Source: Phycisphaerae bacterium
Lineage (GTDB): Bacteria; Planctomycetota; Phycisphaerae; WQYP01
Direction of reading: 5' to 3'
Assembly (NCBI GenBank): GCA_049965755.1
Contig: JBMFVY010000001.1
Location: forward strand, 14,370 to 78,369
Length of the DNA stretch: 64,000 nt
Made by a program: the position numbers and the translations under genes. Each line of letters starts with the position of its first letter. Position 1 is the stretch's first letter. The notes beneath the pieces are model-generated. The model made no database searches, was not told the origin of the DNA, and saw nothing but the letters and a program-made list of their open reading frames with translations. Of this stretch, positions 30,009 to 39,245 are shown one piece after another.

Positions 30009-31649
30009 ATGATCATAGATATTGTAGTATTATTATTTCTGGCGTTGATCGTCTTCCTGATGGTCAATGAAGGCCCGTTTTCGGCATTGATCCTTCTTTT
30101 CTGCTCTCTGATTGCTTCCTTGACCGCCATGGGTTACTACGAACGCGCGGCGAATATCTTTGCCAAATGGCCGGATATGGCACGCGGGGTCGCCTTCCTT
30201 CTGATCTTTTTCGTGCTCCTTACGTCAACCCGCACCATTTTCGACTTTCTTGTCCGGGATGACATTGAACTTCCCCCTCTGCCCGCCAAAATTGTTTCCG
30301 GAGTGATCGGGTTTTTCGTCGGCATGGTTGTCATGGGTACCGTACTCATCGGCATTCAGATGCTCCCCCTCACATCCAGCATCGCCGGATACGACCGCTA
30401 CCCCAACGGTATGGCTCGAAGTTCATCTGCCATCTGGTTTGACCCGGATGGATTTGTCGAATCCATCTGGGATATGACCAGTGGTAATTCGGTCGGCGGC
30501 TCGCCGGCGTTTGCCATCGTCCATCCGCATCTGCTGCGGGAACTTTACGGCCTGCGCTACACCGTCCAGTTTGCCGGACGTAAAACACTCGCCCCCTCGC
30601 TGTTGAAAGTCATGGCGGCTGGAACCATTCCGGCTGATAAAGCATCGCTGTTCCACATTCCGCCCATGCTGGGAAAGAAAATTGTGGTTATCCGAACGGA
30701 AGTCCATCACGGATCCACGCAACCGGCCGTCTCCTCCGACTCCGGTTATTTCCGCCTCACGCCGTCCGAGGTCCGGCTGGTTACCACCGATGGGCATCAG
30801 TATTATCCCGTCGGTTTTCTCAGATATGGCGCGCTATTTCAAAAGCTCACCTTTAATTCGGCCGTGGTTGACGACTATCGGCATGTAAATGGTCACCGAG
30901 TGGTCATACAGAACTGGATATTCGCCCTTCGTCCATCGCAGAAGCCTTATTTTATTGAACTCAAAGGTACCGCACGCGGTATGATTGCCGGTGCCGCGAT
31001 CTCCAAAACGCTCGCCGCGCTTCCCATGCACGATTATCCCAAACTGGCCTATGAAAATTCCAAGCTTACCATTACCGTCGCTGCTGACGCCAAGTTGGGA
31101 ACATTGGTGGGCGTGGCGGTGCCCGCCCAGATTCGCATGTTGAAAGTCGCGGGGCTTGTGCAGGCGGCCTACAGACGCCTCGGTGTCATCAGCCGTGCCA
31201 TCACCAACAGTCAACCCCCGTGGTCGGATGCCTCTTCCCATACGGTCGGAACACCCACCGCCGAACAGGCCGGTCAGTGGCGGAGCATGGGAAACCAGTT
31301 GATTGCCAACGGCAATTCGCATGAGGAACCGTGGTGGGAAGTGTTGCAACTGCTGACGACCAGCCAGGTCAGCACCGATACGAGCCGCTCGCTGGCGCGC
31401 GAGCGTCACTTTTTCAAAAATCAGATCATTCCCCTGCTCAATGGCCAGGAGCCTGTCAATCTTCGCCTCACCCCGGGTAAGTCCACGACCATCAAGATTG
31501 CGCCGGGTAATTGGCAGATTATCCTCTGGAGCATCCACTCTTCACAAATGTACGTCTGGAGTAAGTCGGCTTCAGTGCGAATCGGGCAGTCGAACAGTGT
31601 TACGCTTGGTGGATCGGATCAGATTGTCAATTACAATCTGAGTAAATAA
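30009..31649 (+). CDS. CvpA-domain (colicin V production-like) membrane protein with large C-terminal extension
   Basis: The first ~130 aa (MIIDIVVLLFLALIVFLMVNEGPFSALILLFCSLIASLTAMGYYERAANIF...) match the CvpA multi-TM pattern. The remaining ~400 aa has no recognisable motifs. Starts 14 nt after the preceding gene. Confidence 0.5.
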   Translation: MIIDIVVLLFLALIVFLMVNEGPFSALILLFCSLIASLTAMGYYERAANIFAKWPDMARGVAFLLIFFVLLTSTRTIFDFLVRDDIELPPLPAKIVSGVIGFFVGMVVMGTVLIGIQMLPLTSSIAGYDRYPNGMARSSSAIWFDPDGFVESIWDMTSGNSVGGSPAFAIVHPHLLRELYGLRYTVQFAGRKTLAPSLLKVMAAGTIPADKASLFHIPPMLGKKIVVIRTEVHHGSTQPAVSSDSGYFRLTPSEVRLVTTDGHQYYPVGFLRYGALFQKLTFNSAVVDDYRHVNGHRVVIQNWIFALRPSQKPYFIELKGTARGMIAGAAISKTLAALPMHDYPKLAYENSKLTITVAADAKLGTLVGVAVPAQIRMLKVAGLVQAAYRRLGVISRAITNSQPPWSDASSHTVGTPTAEQAGQWRSMGNQLIANGNSHEEPWWEVLQLLTTSQVSTDTSRSLARERHFFKNQIIPLLNGQEPVNLRLTPGKSTTIKIAPGNWQIILWSIHSSQMYVWSKSASVRIGQSNSVTLGGSDQIVNYNLSK

Positions 31650-31780
31650 TTCCCCATGGCGCTTGACGTAAAGGGCACTATGTAACTATAACCCGGATAG
31701 GTGACGCCCAAACGCGAAGGCCATTCGCTGCACGCGTCGACCGGTTGGAACTTCAGACTTTCATGAAAGGAGATCACATC

Positions 31781-32416
31781 ATGGCATTTACTTTACCATC
31801 CCTTCCGTACGATTTCGCGGCACTCGAGCCGATCATCGATTCCCAAACCATGCAGATTCACCATGGCAAACACCACGGGGGTTACGTCGCCAACCTCAAC
31901 AAGGCCATTGAGGGGAAGTCAGCCCTTGAATCCAAATCCCTCGAAGCCCTCATCGGTGATTTGGCGGCGGTACCCGAAGATATCCGCGGTGCCGTACGCA
32001 ACAACGGTGGCGGACACGCCAACCATTCTCTGTTCTGGCAGATCATGGCGCCGCACGGCCACGGCGGAGGTGGCGAACCCACCGGTGAATTGCTTGCTGC
32101 CATCAATGCGGATTTCGGAAGCGTGGCGGAATTGAAAGCCAAAATCAATGATGCCGGGACCAAACGGTTTGGTTCAGGCTGGGCCTGGCTGGTCGTCAAG
32201 AATGGTAAACTGGCTGTCGGGTCAACCGCCAATCAGGATAATCCGCTCATGGGTGACACCGTTGCAGGCTTCTCAGGCAAGCCCATTCTCGGCGTGGACG
32301 TCTGGGAACATGCCTACTATCTCAAATACCAGAATCGGCGTCCGGATTACCTTGCCGCCTGGTGGGGCATTGTAAACTGGACCAAAGTTGCCGAATTGTA
32401 CAAAGCCGCCCGGTGA
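31781..32416 (+). CDS. sodA: Fe/Mn superoxide dismutase
   Basis: [40 protein letters not shown], metal-ligand His/Asp blocks ([17 protein letters not shown]). Canonical Fe/Mn-SOD. Confidence 0.95.
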   Translation: MAFTLPSLPYDFAALEPIIDSQTMQIHHGKHHGGYVANLNKAIEGKSALESKSLEALIGDLAAVPEDIRGAVRNNGGGHANHSLFWQIMAPHGHGGGGEPTGELLAAINADFGSVAELKAKINDAGTKRFGSGWAWLVVKNGKLAVGSTANQDNPLMGDTVAGFSGKPILGVDVWEHAYYLKYQNRRPDYLAAWWGIVNWTKVAELYKAAR

Positions 32417-32497
32417 CCGGTTCGCCGGCCGGAAATGACTCAGGCGGCCGATCAAAACCGCTCTTAGACCGTGCCGCCGTATAAAAAGAGGTGACCG

Positions 32498-32770
32498 ATG
32501 GGGAAAGCGAGTGTTGATCCGGCCGAACTGCGGCGCTTTGCGCAGGGCCTCAATCAATTTAATAACGATCTTCAGACCCTGATGGCCGGTCTCAGCGCCC
32601 GCATGCGGGCGCTGGAGAGCACCTGGCGCGATCAGGAGCAGAAGAAATTCGCCGAAGCCTTCGATCAGACGGCCAAATCGCTTTCGGTTTTTCTAGAGGC
32701 CTCCAGCCAGCATGCCAAGGTGTTGATGAAAAAGGCGCAGCTGATCGAAAAATATCTCAGCGAACATTGA
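32498..32770 (+). CDS. WXG100-superfamily-like small helical hairpin protein (variant W-R-D instead of W-x-G)
   Basis: 90 aa, AAAGAGGTGA RBS. Central motif STWRDQEQKKFAEAFDQT aligns with EsxA/YukE W-x-G-x-x-x-x-x-F-x-E-x-F (e.g. NWEGQAFSRFEEQF). Predicted all-helical; Trp at residue ~43 of 90. Confidence 0.6.
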   Translation: MGKASVDPAELRRFAQGLNQFNNDLQTLMAGLSARMRALESTWRDQEQKKFAEAFDQTAKSLSVFLEASSQHAKVLMKKAQLIEKYLSEH

Positions 32771-32784
32771 GTTGAGTTGAACCG

Positions 32785-33771
32785 ATGCCACAAGGTGCCA
32801 ATGTTCAATCCATTGAACTGCTCCGGGAATTGCAGACGGTGCTGTGGAAATTTCGCGAAGCCTGCGTCAGTTCTCTCAATGATGTGGAATCGGACCTGCG
32901 CCGCACGGTGATCTGGCTTGAGACGGAACAGGATAGCTATTGGAAAAGCCAGATACGCATCCGTCATGAGGCCCTCGAGCGGGCTAAAGAGGCGCTTCGC
33001 AGTAAAAAAATATTCAAAGATGCCTCCGGCCGCCCGCAATCCGTTGTCGAGGAGCAAAAGGCGCTCAAGATCGCCATGGCGCGCATGGCGGAGGCCGAAC
33101 AGAAGCTCGCCAATGTCCGCAAATGGGTGCGTGCCCTGCAGAAAGAAATTGAACTCTACAAATCCTCGGTGGGCCGCCTCTCTCACAGCGTGGAATCGCT
33201 CGTGCCTGCCGCCGTGCATCAGCTTGACCGGCTCACGACGTCGCTGGAAGCCTACGTAAACCTTGAGATACCCCAATCCGCTGCCCACAACAGCTCAGAT
33301 CATGCAGCCGGTGCCGGATTTGCCAACCGGGCCGAGGTTCTCACGGAAACCTCCGTACCAACCACACCTGCACCGATGGAAGTTCCCACTGACCAACAGC
33401 GTGCATCTGCACAACCTGCCTCGTCGATCGATATCCCCTGTCCGCAGATATCCGGCGACATTCTGGATCAGCTAACCATCGCCGCCGGGCAACTCCCCGT
33501 AGATTCACATAAGACTCTGGTCGCGCGTTCCATCGTCCGCGCGCCGATGGGGTTCACCCTCCTGCGCCGCTCACCTGCGGATGCCGATGACAGCGGTTGG
33601 ATGTTGCTTATCGATTCGGCGGATATTTCATCCGACGCTGCATGGGTGAAACTGAGCGTTGAATCTTTGCCGGGTGATGCGGCTCTTTGGAATATGATTT
33701 TGAGACTTCCCATCAATTCCAGCGTTAGGGTGATGGATGGTGCGGTGGTGCAGATCAGCCACGTGGAATGA
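32785..33771 (+). CDS. Hypothetical protein: N-terminal ~150-aa helical/coiled-coil domain, disordered linker, C-terminal ~100-aa domain; candidate secretion substrate or adaptor
   Basis: 328 aa. Starts 15 nt after the first WXG-like gene and ends 50 nt before the second. Heptad-rich N-terminus (LRELQTVLWKFREACVSS...KEIELYKSSVGRLSHSVESL), then a Pro/Ser/Thr/Ala-rich linker. Confidence 0.5.
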   Translation: MPQGANVQSIELLRELQTVLWKFREACVSSLNDVESDLRRTVIWLETEQDSYWKSQIRIRHEALERAKEALRSKKIFKDASGRPQSVVEEQKALKIAMARMAEAEQKLANVRKWVRALQKEIELYKSSVGRLSHSVESLVPAAVHQLDRLTTSLEAYVNLEIPQSAAHNSSDHAAGAGFANRAEVLTETSVPTTPAPMEVPTDQQRASAQPASSIDIPCPQISGDILDQLTIAAGQLPVDSHKTLVARSIVRAPMGFTLLRRSPADADDSGWMLLIDSADISSDAAWVKLSVESLPGDAALWNMILRLPINSSVRVMDGAVVQISHVE

Positions 33772-33821
33772 GATGCAAGCCGTGGCGGTGAGAACTCGGT
33801 TTACCTCAGGAGGACCTGCCG

Positions 33822-34034
33822 ATGGGTGTACATGAAAGCCAGGGGCGTCTGATCAAAGCCTTCAAAATGCTCCAGACACGCTGGGCACAGATCCATACCG
33901 GCTGGAACGACGCGGCCAGCGATCATTTCCAGGAAACATTTCTGGATCCGCTTGAAGCGGATGTCCGCAGTGCCGCTCAGGCCATCGATCATATGGCGGT
34001 CATATTGGGCAACGTAAAGAGAGATTGCGAGTAA
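33822..34034 (+). CDS. WXG100-superfamily-like small protein (second copy, motif W-N-D)
   Basis: 70 aa, CAGGAGGA RBS. Motif TGWNDAASDHFQETF matches W-x-[G/D]-x-A-x-x-x-F-x-E-x-F. Immediately upstream of the FtsK/SpoIIIE ATPase gene. Confidence 0.5.
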   Translation: MGVHESQGRLIKAFKMLQTRWAQIHTGWNDAASDHFQETFLDPLEADVRSAAQAIDHMAVILGNVKRDCE

Positions 34035-34067
34035 CACGGCAGATCATTTTGCCGGTATAAGGATGTC

Positions 34068-37000
34068 ATGCAGCAGATAGCCGATCAAGCCAACAGCAGC
34101 AACTCCACATGTCCCGCCGGGCCCGCCGATGGTGTCGGCCCGCTCGAGCGGCAGCGCAGCGCCCTGCGAGACCTTGTCGCGCTGGCTTCAGAATGTGCCC
34201 GGCGCGAAGCTGAAATTAATGAAGAATTCACCACCCAACGCGATACCGCCCGGGAGCGTTATAACGCTTCGATGAAAGAAATCGAGGCGCGGTTCAAGGC
34301 CCGCACGGACGAACTGGAAAATAAAATACACGAAGAAATGGACGGCATCGAACAGCAATACCGCCGGAAATTACAGACATTCCAGGCGGCTCATCAACAA
34401 ACGTGCGCCGGCATTCAGTGGGATTATTCCGCCGCCGAGAAGACCGCCCGATCGAGTTACGACGAAGCAAAACTCCTGATTGAAACCGGGCTTGATGCGT
34501 CTCACAACCGTGCACTGCAGGAAAAAGAAACATTAAAAGAAGAGGTCGCCTCTCATCTGGAAGCCGTCGAGAATCTCTTCAAGGAAACGGCGCAGGTCAT
34601 GGCCCGATACTCGCTCGTTCCTCCGGGTATCGAACCTGAAAAGGTAAAACCCCGGCTTCCTGCCGATCTATCCGTCAAAAAAGTGATGGCCGAGGAGCTT
34701 GAACAGGCGCGCTCCCGCCTTGCGGCGCTGGCTAAACTCCCCTTGCCGAAATTCATGTCGGGAATACTGCCGATAATGATCGGCCTGGCTCTTTGCAGTG
34801 TCGCAGGGATTGCCGCTCAGATGATCAAAGGGGGCTCCGTTCCGCACATCAAGACCATCACCATCGCAGTGGGTGTGGCGGTCGTCATTGAGGTGATCAT
34901 CTACATCCTGCTTCGGCGGGCCGCCAAGAAGCAGTTCAGTGCAGCATCCTTGCCGATCATCGAGGCGCTGGCCAGCAGCCACGCTGCATCTGAGCTTTTC
35001 TCGCAGGCACAGTTGGTGGAAATTCAAGCGGCTAACGATGCGGCCCGACGCAAAGGGCAGGCTGAACTGGATCGACTCAAACAACGCACCATCCAGACAA
35101 TTAAATCACTGCAGGAAAAGCGTTCGGCCCGCCTTGCCGCTGCCGAGGCCGATCGGGCTCGATCTACCGGCGAAGCGGATGCGGAAAAAGCTTCCCTGAT
35201 GGCGGCGCAGGCCACTTCCGCCGATGCCCGGCGAAATGAACTCAAACACAACTACGAAACGGAAATGGAGGCGGCGCGCAGAACGTTCGAAGGATCGAAT
35301 GCCGCCAACGAAGAACGAACCCGGCAGGCGTGGAGTGAACTTGATCAGCGTCTTCGAACCGGTCTGGCGCAAATCGCAGCTCCCACCGTTGATACCGGAA
35401 CCTCCGGCGGATACGCACCCGACGGTCGGCCGATCTGGGATCATTGGCACGCTCCTGAGAAATTTCCCGAATTAATGCCTTTCGGCCGTCTGAGCGTCAA
35501 CCTGAAGCAGATTGTGGATCAGGATTCAGCCGGCGCTCAGGTGAAATTGCAGTTTCCAGCGGAATTCACCGTGCCGGCATCACTGGCATTCCCGCACGGC
35601 GCATCCCTCGCGGTTCTTCATCAGCGCTCCGGCCGTGGCTTGGCTGTCGAGTTTCTGCGTGTGGTTATTCTCCGTCTGCTGACCTGTCTTCCCCCCGGTC
35701 GCGCCCGCTTTACCTTGATAGACCCCGTGGGCCTGGGGCAGAGCTTTGCGGGTTTCATGCGCCTCGCGGATTACGATGATGCCCTCGTCAACGGCCGAAT
35801 CTGGACTCAGCCCGATCAGATTGAACAGCGTCTCTCGCACATGACGGAGCACATGGAAACCGTCATCCAGAAATATCTTCGTAATGAATTCCCAACCATC
35901 GACGACTACAACGCCCAGGCCGGCGAATTGGCCGAACCGTATCGATTTCTGGTGGTGGCTGATTTTCCATCCGGCTTCGGCCCCGATGCACTTCGCAGGC
36001 TGGATGCCATCGCCGCCACCGGTGCCCGCTGCGGCGTCTACGTCCTGCTGTCATCCGAACGCGAGCAGAGCGGCGATGCGGCCGTCACACTTGATAAACT
36101 TCTGTCGCATTGTGTGGTACTTACTCAGGCGGAAGGTGGCTTCCAGTGGCGGGACGACATCTTCGGCAAGTTCCCGCTTACGCTCGATACATCGCCGACA
36201 GAAACAGTTATGACTACGCTGCTCGATCAGGTGGGCAAGGCCGCCAAAGCCAGTCAGCATGTTGAAGTCTCCTTTGAAACCATCGCCCCCAAAGAATCCC
36301 AGTGGTGGACCGGTAACAGTACCGCCGATCTCACCGTAGCCATCGGTCGTATGGGGGCTACGCGGCTCCAGATGCTGCGCCTGGGTAAAAATGTGGCGCA
36401 GCATGCACTCCTTGCCGGTAAGACGGGTTCCGGTAAATCGACGCTGCTTCATGTGCTGGTGACCAATCTTGCCATGTGGTATTCGCCGGACGAGGTGGAA
36501 CTCTATCTGATCGACTTCAAAAAGGGTGTGGAATTCAAAACCTACGCAGCGCACCGCCTGCCCCATGCCCGAGCCATTGCGGTGGAAAGCGATCGTGAAT
36601 TCGGTCTCAGCGTGCTGGAGCGGCTCGATGCGGAACTCGCCCGTCGCGGTGAATTATTCCGTGCCGCCGGCGTACAGGATCTCCCGTCCTATCGCCGCAC
36701 CACCGGCAAGCCGATGCCACGAACGATTCTCGTTATTGACGAATTTCAGGAATTTTTTACGGAAGATGACACCCTTGCCCAGCAGGCGGGACTGCTCCTC
36801 GACAGACTTGTTCGGCAGGGGCGCGCTTTCGGCGTGCACCTATTGCTCGGCTCGCAGACCGTCGGCGGTACTTCAGGCCTTGCCAGAAGCACGCTTGGCC
36901 AGATGGCCGTGCGCATCGCCCTGCAGGTGAGCGATGCCGATTCACAACTGATCCTCGGCGATAATAATTCTGCCGCCAAATTGCTCTCCCGCCCCGGTGC

Positions 37001-38039
37001 CGCGATCTATAACGACGCCGGCGGTCTCATCGAGGCCAACAGCCCATTTCAGGTTGCCTGGCTCTCTGATGAAAAGCGGGACGAATTTCTTGAAGCGGTT
37101 TCCCGTCGTGCCGCCCGCGTCGCCCATGACGGAAAAACCGCATGGCAGTCGAAGCCACCGGTCGTCTTCGAAGGCAATGCCCCGGCGGATGTGCATAACA
37201 ACGAACCCCTGAAAAAACTCCTCGTTTCGCTGCCGCCTGCTGCCATTCCTCTCGAACCCCACGCCTGGACAGGCGAACCGGTGGCGATCAAGGAACCGGC
37301 GTTCGTCACATTCCGACGCCAGAGCGGCGCTAATGTCATGCTCGTCGGTCAGCAGGAAGAACAGGCGCTCGCCGTCTTGAGTTGGATGCTCATCTCTCTC
37401 GCAGCCCAATTTCCAACCAATGGTGCGAAGTTTTATCTTCTTGACGGCACGCCCGCCGGATCGCCGCTTTCCGGTATCTTCCCCCAGTTGCCGTCACTGA
37501 TGCGCGGCGACGTTCAGGTTCCCGCCTGGCGCGATATTGAAAGCGCGATTGCCGCCATCGCCGCCGAGCTTTCCCAACGGCAGAAGGACCGGCGGCCCGA
37601 CGCCCCGGCCATCTTTCTGGTCATCTATGGCATGCAACGATTCCGCATGCTGCGAAAATCCGATTCCGATTTCGGGTTTTCACTTGGCGGCGCCGATGAG
37701 GAGAAAAAGGCCGACCCCGCAAAGGATTTCCAGGAGATCATTCGCGAAGGACCCGCCTTGGGCATTCATGTGCTGACCTGGGTTGATACGATGGCTTCCA
37801 TCGAGCGCACATTTGATCGTGCGATGCTGCGTGAATTTGATCAGCGTATTCTCTTTCAGATGAGCGCAGCCGACTCAAGCACATTGATTGATTCCGTCGC
37901 CGCCAACCGGTTGGGCTTTTACCGTGCCCTGCTGTGCAGCGAAGAACGCGGCACGATTGAAAAATTCCGCCCCTACGGCCTGCCCAAGGCCGCTGAACTT
38001 CAGCAGCTACGATCCGCTGATGCCGCAACGTCGGCGTAA
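34068..38039 (+). CDS. FtsK/SpoIIIE-family multi-domain ATPase, EssC/EccC-like (N-terminal coiled coil, 2 TM helices, three P-loop-type domains of which only the middle one is canonical)
   Basis: 1323 aa. Residues ~1-220 coiled coil. Two TM helices (ILPIMIGLALCSVAGIAAQMI; ITIAVGVAVVIEVIIYILL). Domain 1 has a degenerate P-loop (LAVLHQRSGRGLAVEF). Domain 2 is canonical: HALLAGKTGSGKSTLLHVL (Walker A), RTILVIDEFQEF (Walker B). Domain 3 is degenerate (NVMLVGQQEEQALAV; IFLVIYGMQRF). Confidence 0.8.
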   Translation: MQQIADQANSSNSTCPAGPADGVGPLERQRSALRDLVALASECARREAEINEEFTTQRDTARERYNASMKEIEARFKARTDELENKIHEEMDGIEQQYRRKLQTFQAAHQQTCAGIQWDYSAAEKTARSSYDEAKLLIETGLDASHNRALQEKETLKEEVASHLEAVENLFKETAQVMARYSLVPPGIEPEKVKPRLPADLSVKKVMAEELEQARSRLAALAKLPLPKFMSGILPIMIGLALCSVAGIAAQMIKGGSVPHIKTITIAVGVAVVIEVIIYILLRRAAKKQFSAASLPIIEALASSHAASELFSQAQLVEIQAANDAARRKGQAELDRLKQRTIQTIKSLQEKRSARLAAAEADRARSTGEADAEKASLMAAQATSADARRNELKHNYETEMEAARRTFEGSNAANEERTRQAWSELDQRLRTGLAQIAAPTVDTGTSGGYAPDGRPIWDHWHAPEKFPELMPFGRLSVNLKQIVDQDSAGAQVKLQFPAEFTVPASLAFPHGASLAVLHQRSGRGLAVEFLRVVILRLLTCLPPGRARFTLIDPVGLGQSFAGFMRLADYDDALVNGRIWTQPDQIEQRLSHMTEHMETVIQKYLRNEFPTIDDYNAQAGELAEPYRFLVVADFPSGFGPDALRRLDAIAATGARCGVYVLLSSEREQSGDAAVTLDKLLSHCVVLTQAEGGFQWRDDIFGKFPLTLDTSPTETVMTTLLDQVGKAAKASQHVEVSFETIAPKESQWWTGNSTADLTVAIGRMGATRLQMLRLGKNVAQHALLAGKTGSGKSTLLHVLVTNLAMWYSPDEVELYLIDFKKGVEFKTYAAHRLPHARAIAVESDREFGLSVLERLDAELARRGELFRAAGVQDLPSYRRTTGKPMPRTILVIDEFQEFFTEDDTLAQQAGLLLDRLVRQGRAFGVHLLLGSQTVGGTSGLARSTLGQMAVRIALQVSDADSQLILGDNNSAAKLLSRPGAAIYNDAGGLIEANSPFQVAWLSDEKRDEFLEAVSRRAARVAHDGKTAWQSKPPVVFEGNAPADVHNNEPLKKLLVSLPPAAIPLEPHAWTGEPVAIKEPAFVTFRRQSGANVMLVGQQEEQALAVLSWMLISLAAQFPTNGAKFYLLDGTPAGSPLSGIFPQLPSLMRGDVQVPAWRDIESAIAAIAAELSQRQKDRRPDAPAIFLVIYGMQRFRMLRKSDSDFGFSLGGADEEKKADPAKDFQEIIREGPALGIHVLTWVDTMASIERTFDRAMLREFDQRILFQMSAADSSTLIDSVAANRLGFYRALLCSEERGTIEKFRPYGLPKAAELQQLRSADAATSA

Positions 38040-38131
38040 CGCCACGGTCATCCATCGCGCCGTTGCTTGCGGCGGCCCGGTTGTGTATCGGTTGCCAAAA
38101 ATAACCGCACATCATGGCGGGGCTCCGACTT

Positions 38132-39244
38132 TCAGTGTATTCGGCGGAACATCCATGATGCCGTCAGCAGGCTCAGAACGGCAATGATGGACATCGGTAT
38201 GAGTTCCGGCATCAATTGGTGCACATTAGCCCCTTCAAGAAATGCCTCGCGTGCCGCCTGCACATCGTACCGCAGCGGATTGATAAGCGTGATCTTCTGC
38301 ACGAAACGCGGCATGTTGGATATCGGTGTCGCCAGGCCCGACAAAAGGGCACAAGGCATCACCAGCACAAATGTGCCCAGAAGAGCCTGTTGCATCGTGG
38401 ATGAAATCGAAGACACCAGCAGACCCAACCCCGCCGCTGCAATAATAAAGATGACAAAAGTGAGTACGATGGCCGCTGCCGAACCGTAATACGGAACATC
38501 AAACCAGTAGCGGACGATGACGAAGATGATGGCGGATTGACCCAACCCGATCAGAATAGGCGGAATGGTTTTACCCGCCATAATTTCCAGCGGTGTAAAA
38601 GGTGTTACCAGAAGCTGGTCAAATGTACCCTGTTCGCGTTCGCGCGCAATCGACATGGCGGTAATCACCATCACCGCCAGCATGGTGATAAGGCCGATCA
38701 TCCCCGGCACAATCTGCCATCGCGATAGCAGATTTGGATTAAACCAGGAACGTATCTGCAAAACCATCGGCGGAGCAATACCGGGATTCGCGGCCGATAA
38801 ATCTGCGTTGAACTGATTCTGAATTTCATTCAGGTAGCCGATAGCCAGAGCTGCCGTATTGGAATTGCGGCCGTCGGCAATAACCTGTACCTGCGCACTG
38901 CGGCCGGTGGCAATATCTCGGTCAAAGTGCTGTGGAATCTGGATGATCAGCAATGCCCTGCGCGAATCCAGCAAGGGGCGGGCGCGGCGGATATTTCCCA
39001 CCGATGCGACGCAATCAAAAATGCCCGAGCCGTTGATTCGACCGATGAACCGCGTCGACTCGCTGGAGTGGCTTTGATCCACCAGAACGTAGGGCACATG
39101 ATTAAGATCAAACGTGCCGGCATAGCCGAAAATAATCATCTGCAGGATCGGTGGCCCCAGCACAACAAATCGGCTGCGCGGGTCCTTGAAGATCGCCGTG
39201 AGTTCCTTGCGGATCAATGCCAAAATACGGAATATGATGTTCAT
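38132..39244 (-). CDS. ABC-2 type transporter permease
   Basis: 370 aa. One N-terminal TM, large periplasmic loop, then 5 C-terminal TMs (ABC-2/YhhJ-like topology). Part of a HlyD-ABC-permease-permease operon. Confidence 0.8.
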   Translation of the reverse strand: MNIIFRILALIRKELTAIFKDPRSRFVVLGPPILQMIIFGYAGTFDLNHVPYVLVDQSHSSESTRFIGRINGSGIFDCVASVGNIRRARPLLDSRRALLIIQIPQHFDRDIATGRSAQVQVIADGRNSNTAALAIGYLNEIQNQFNADLSAANPGIAPPMVLQIRSWFNPNLLSRWQIVPGMIGLITMLAVMVITAMSIAREREQGTFDQLLVTPFTPLEIMAGKTIPPILIGLGQSAIIFVIVRYWFDVPYYGSAAAIVLTFVIFIIAAAGLGLLVSSISSTMQQALLGTFVLVMPCALLSGLATPISNMPRFVQKITLINPLRYDVQAAREAFLEGANVHQLMPELIPMSIIAVLSLLTASWMFRRIH

Positions 39245-39245
39245 T

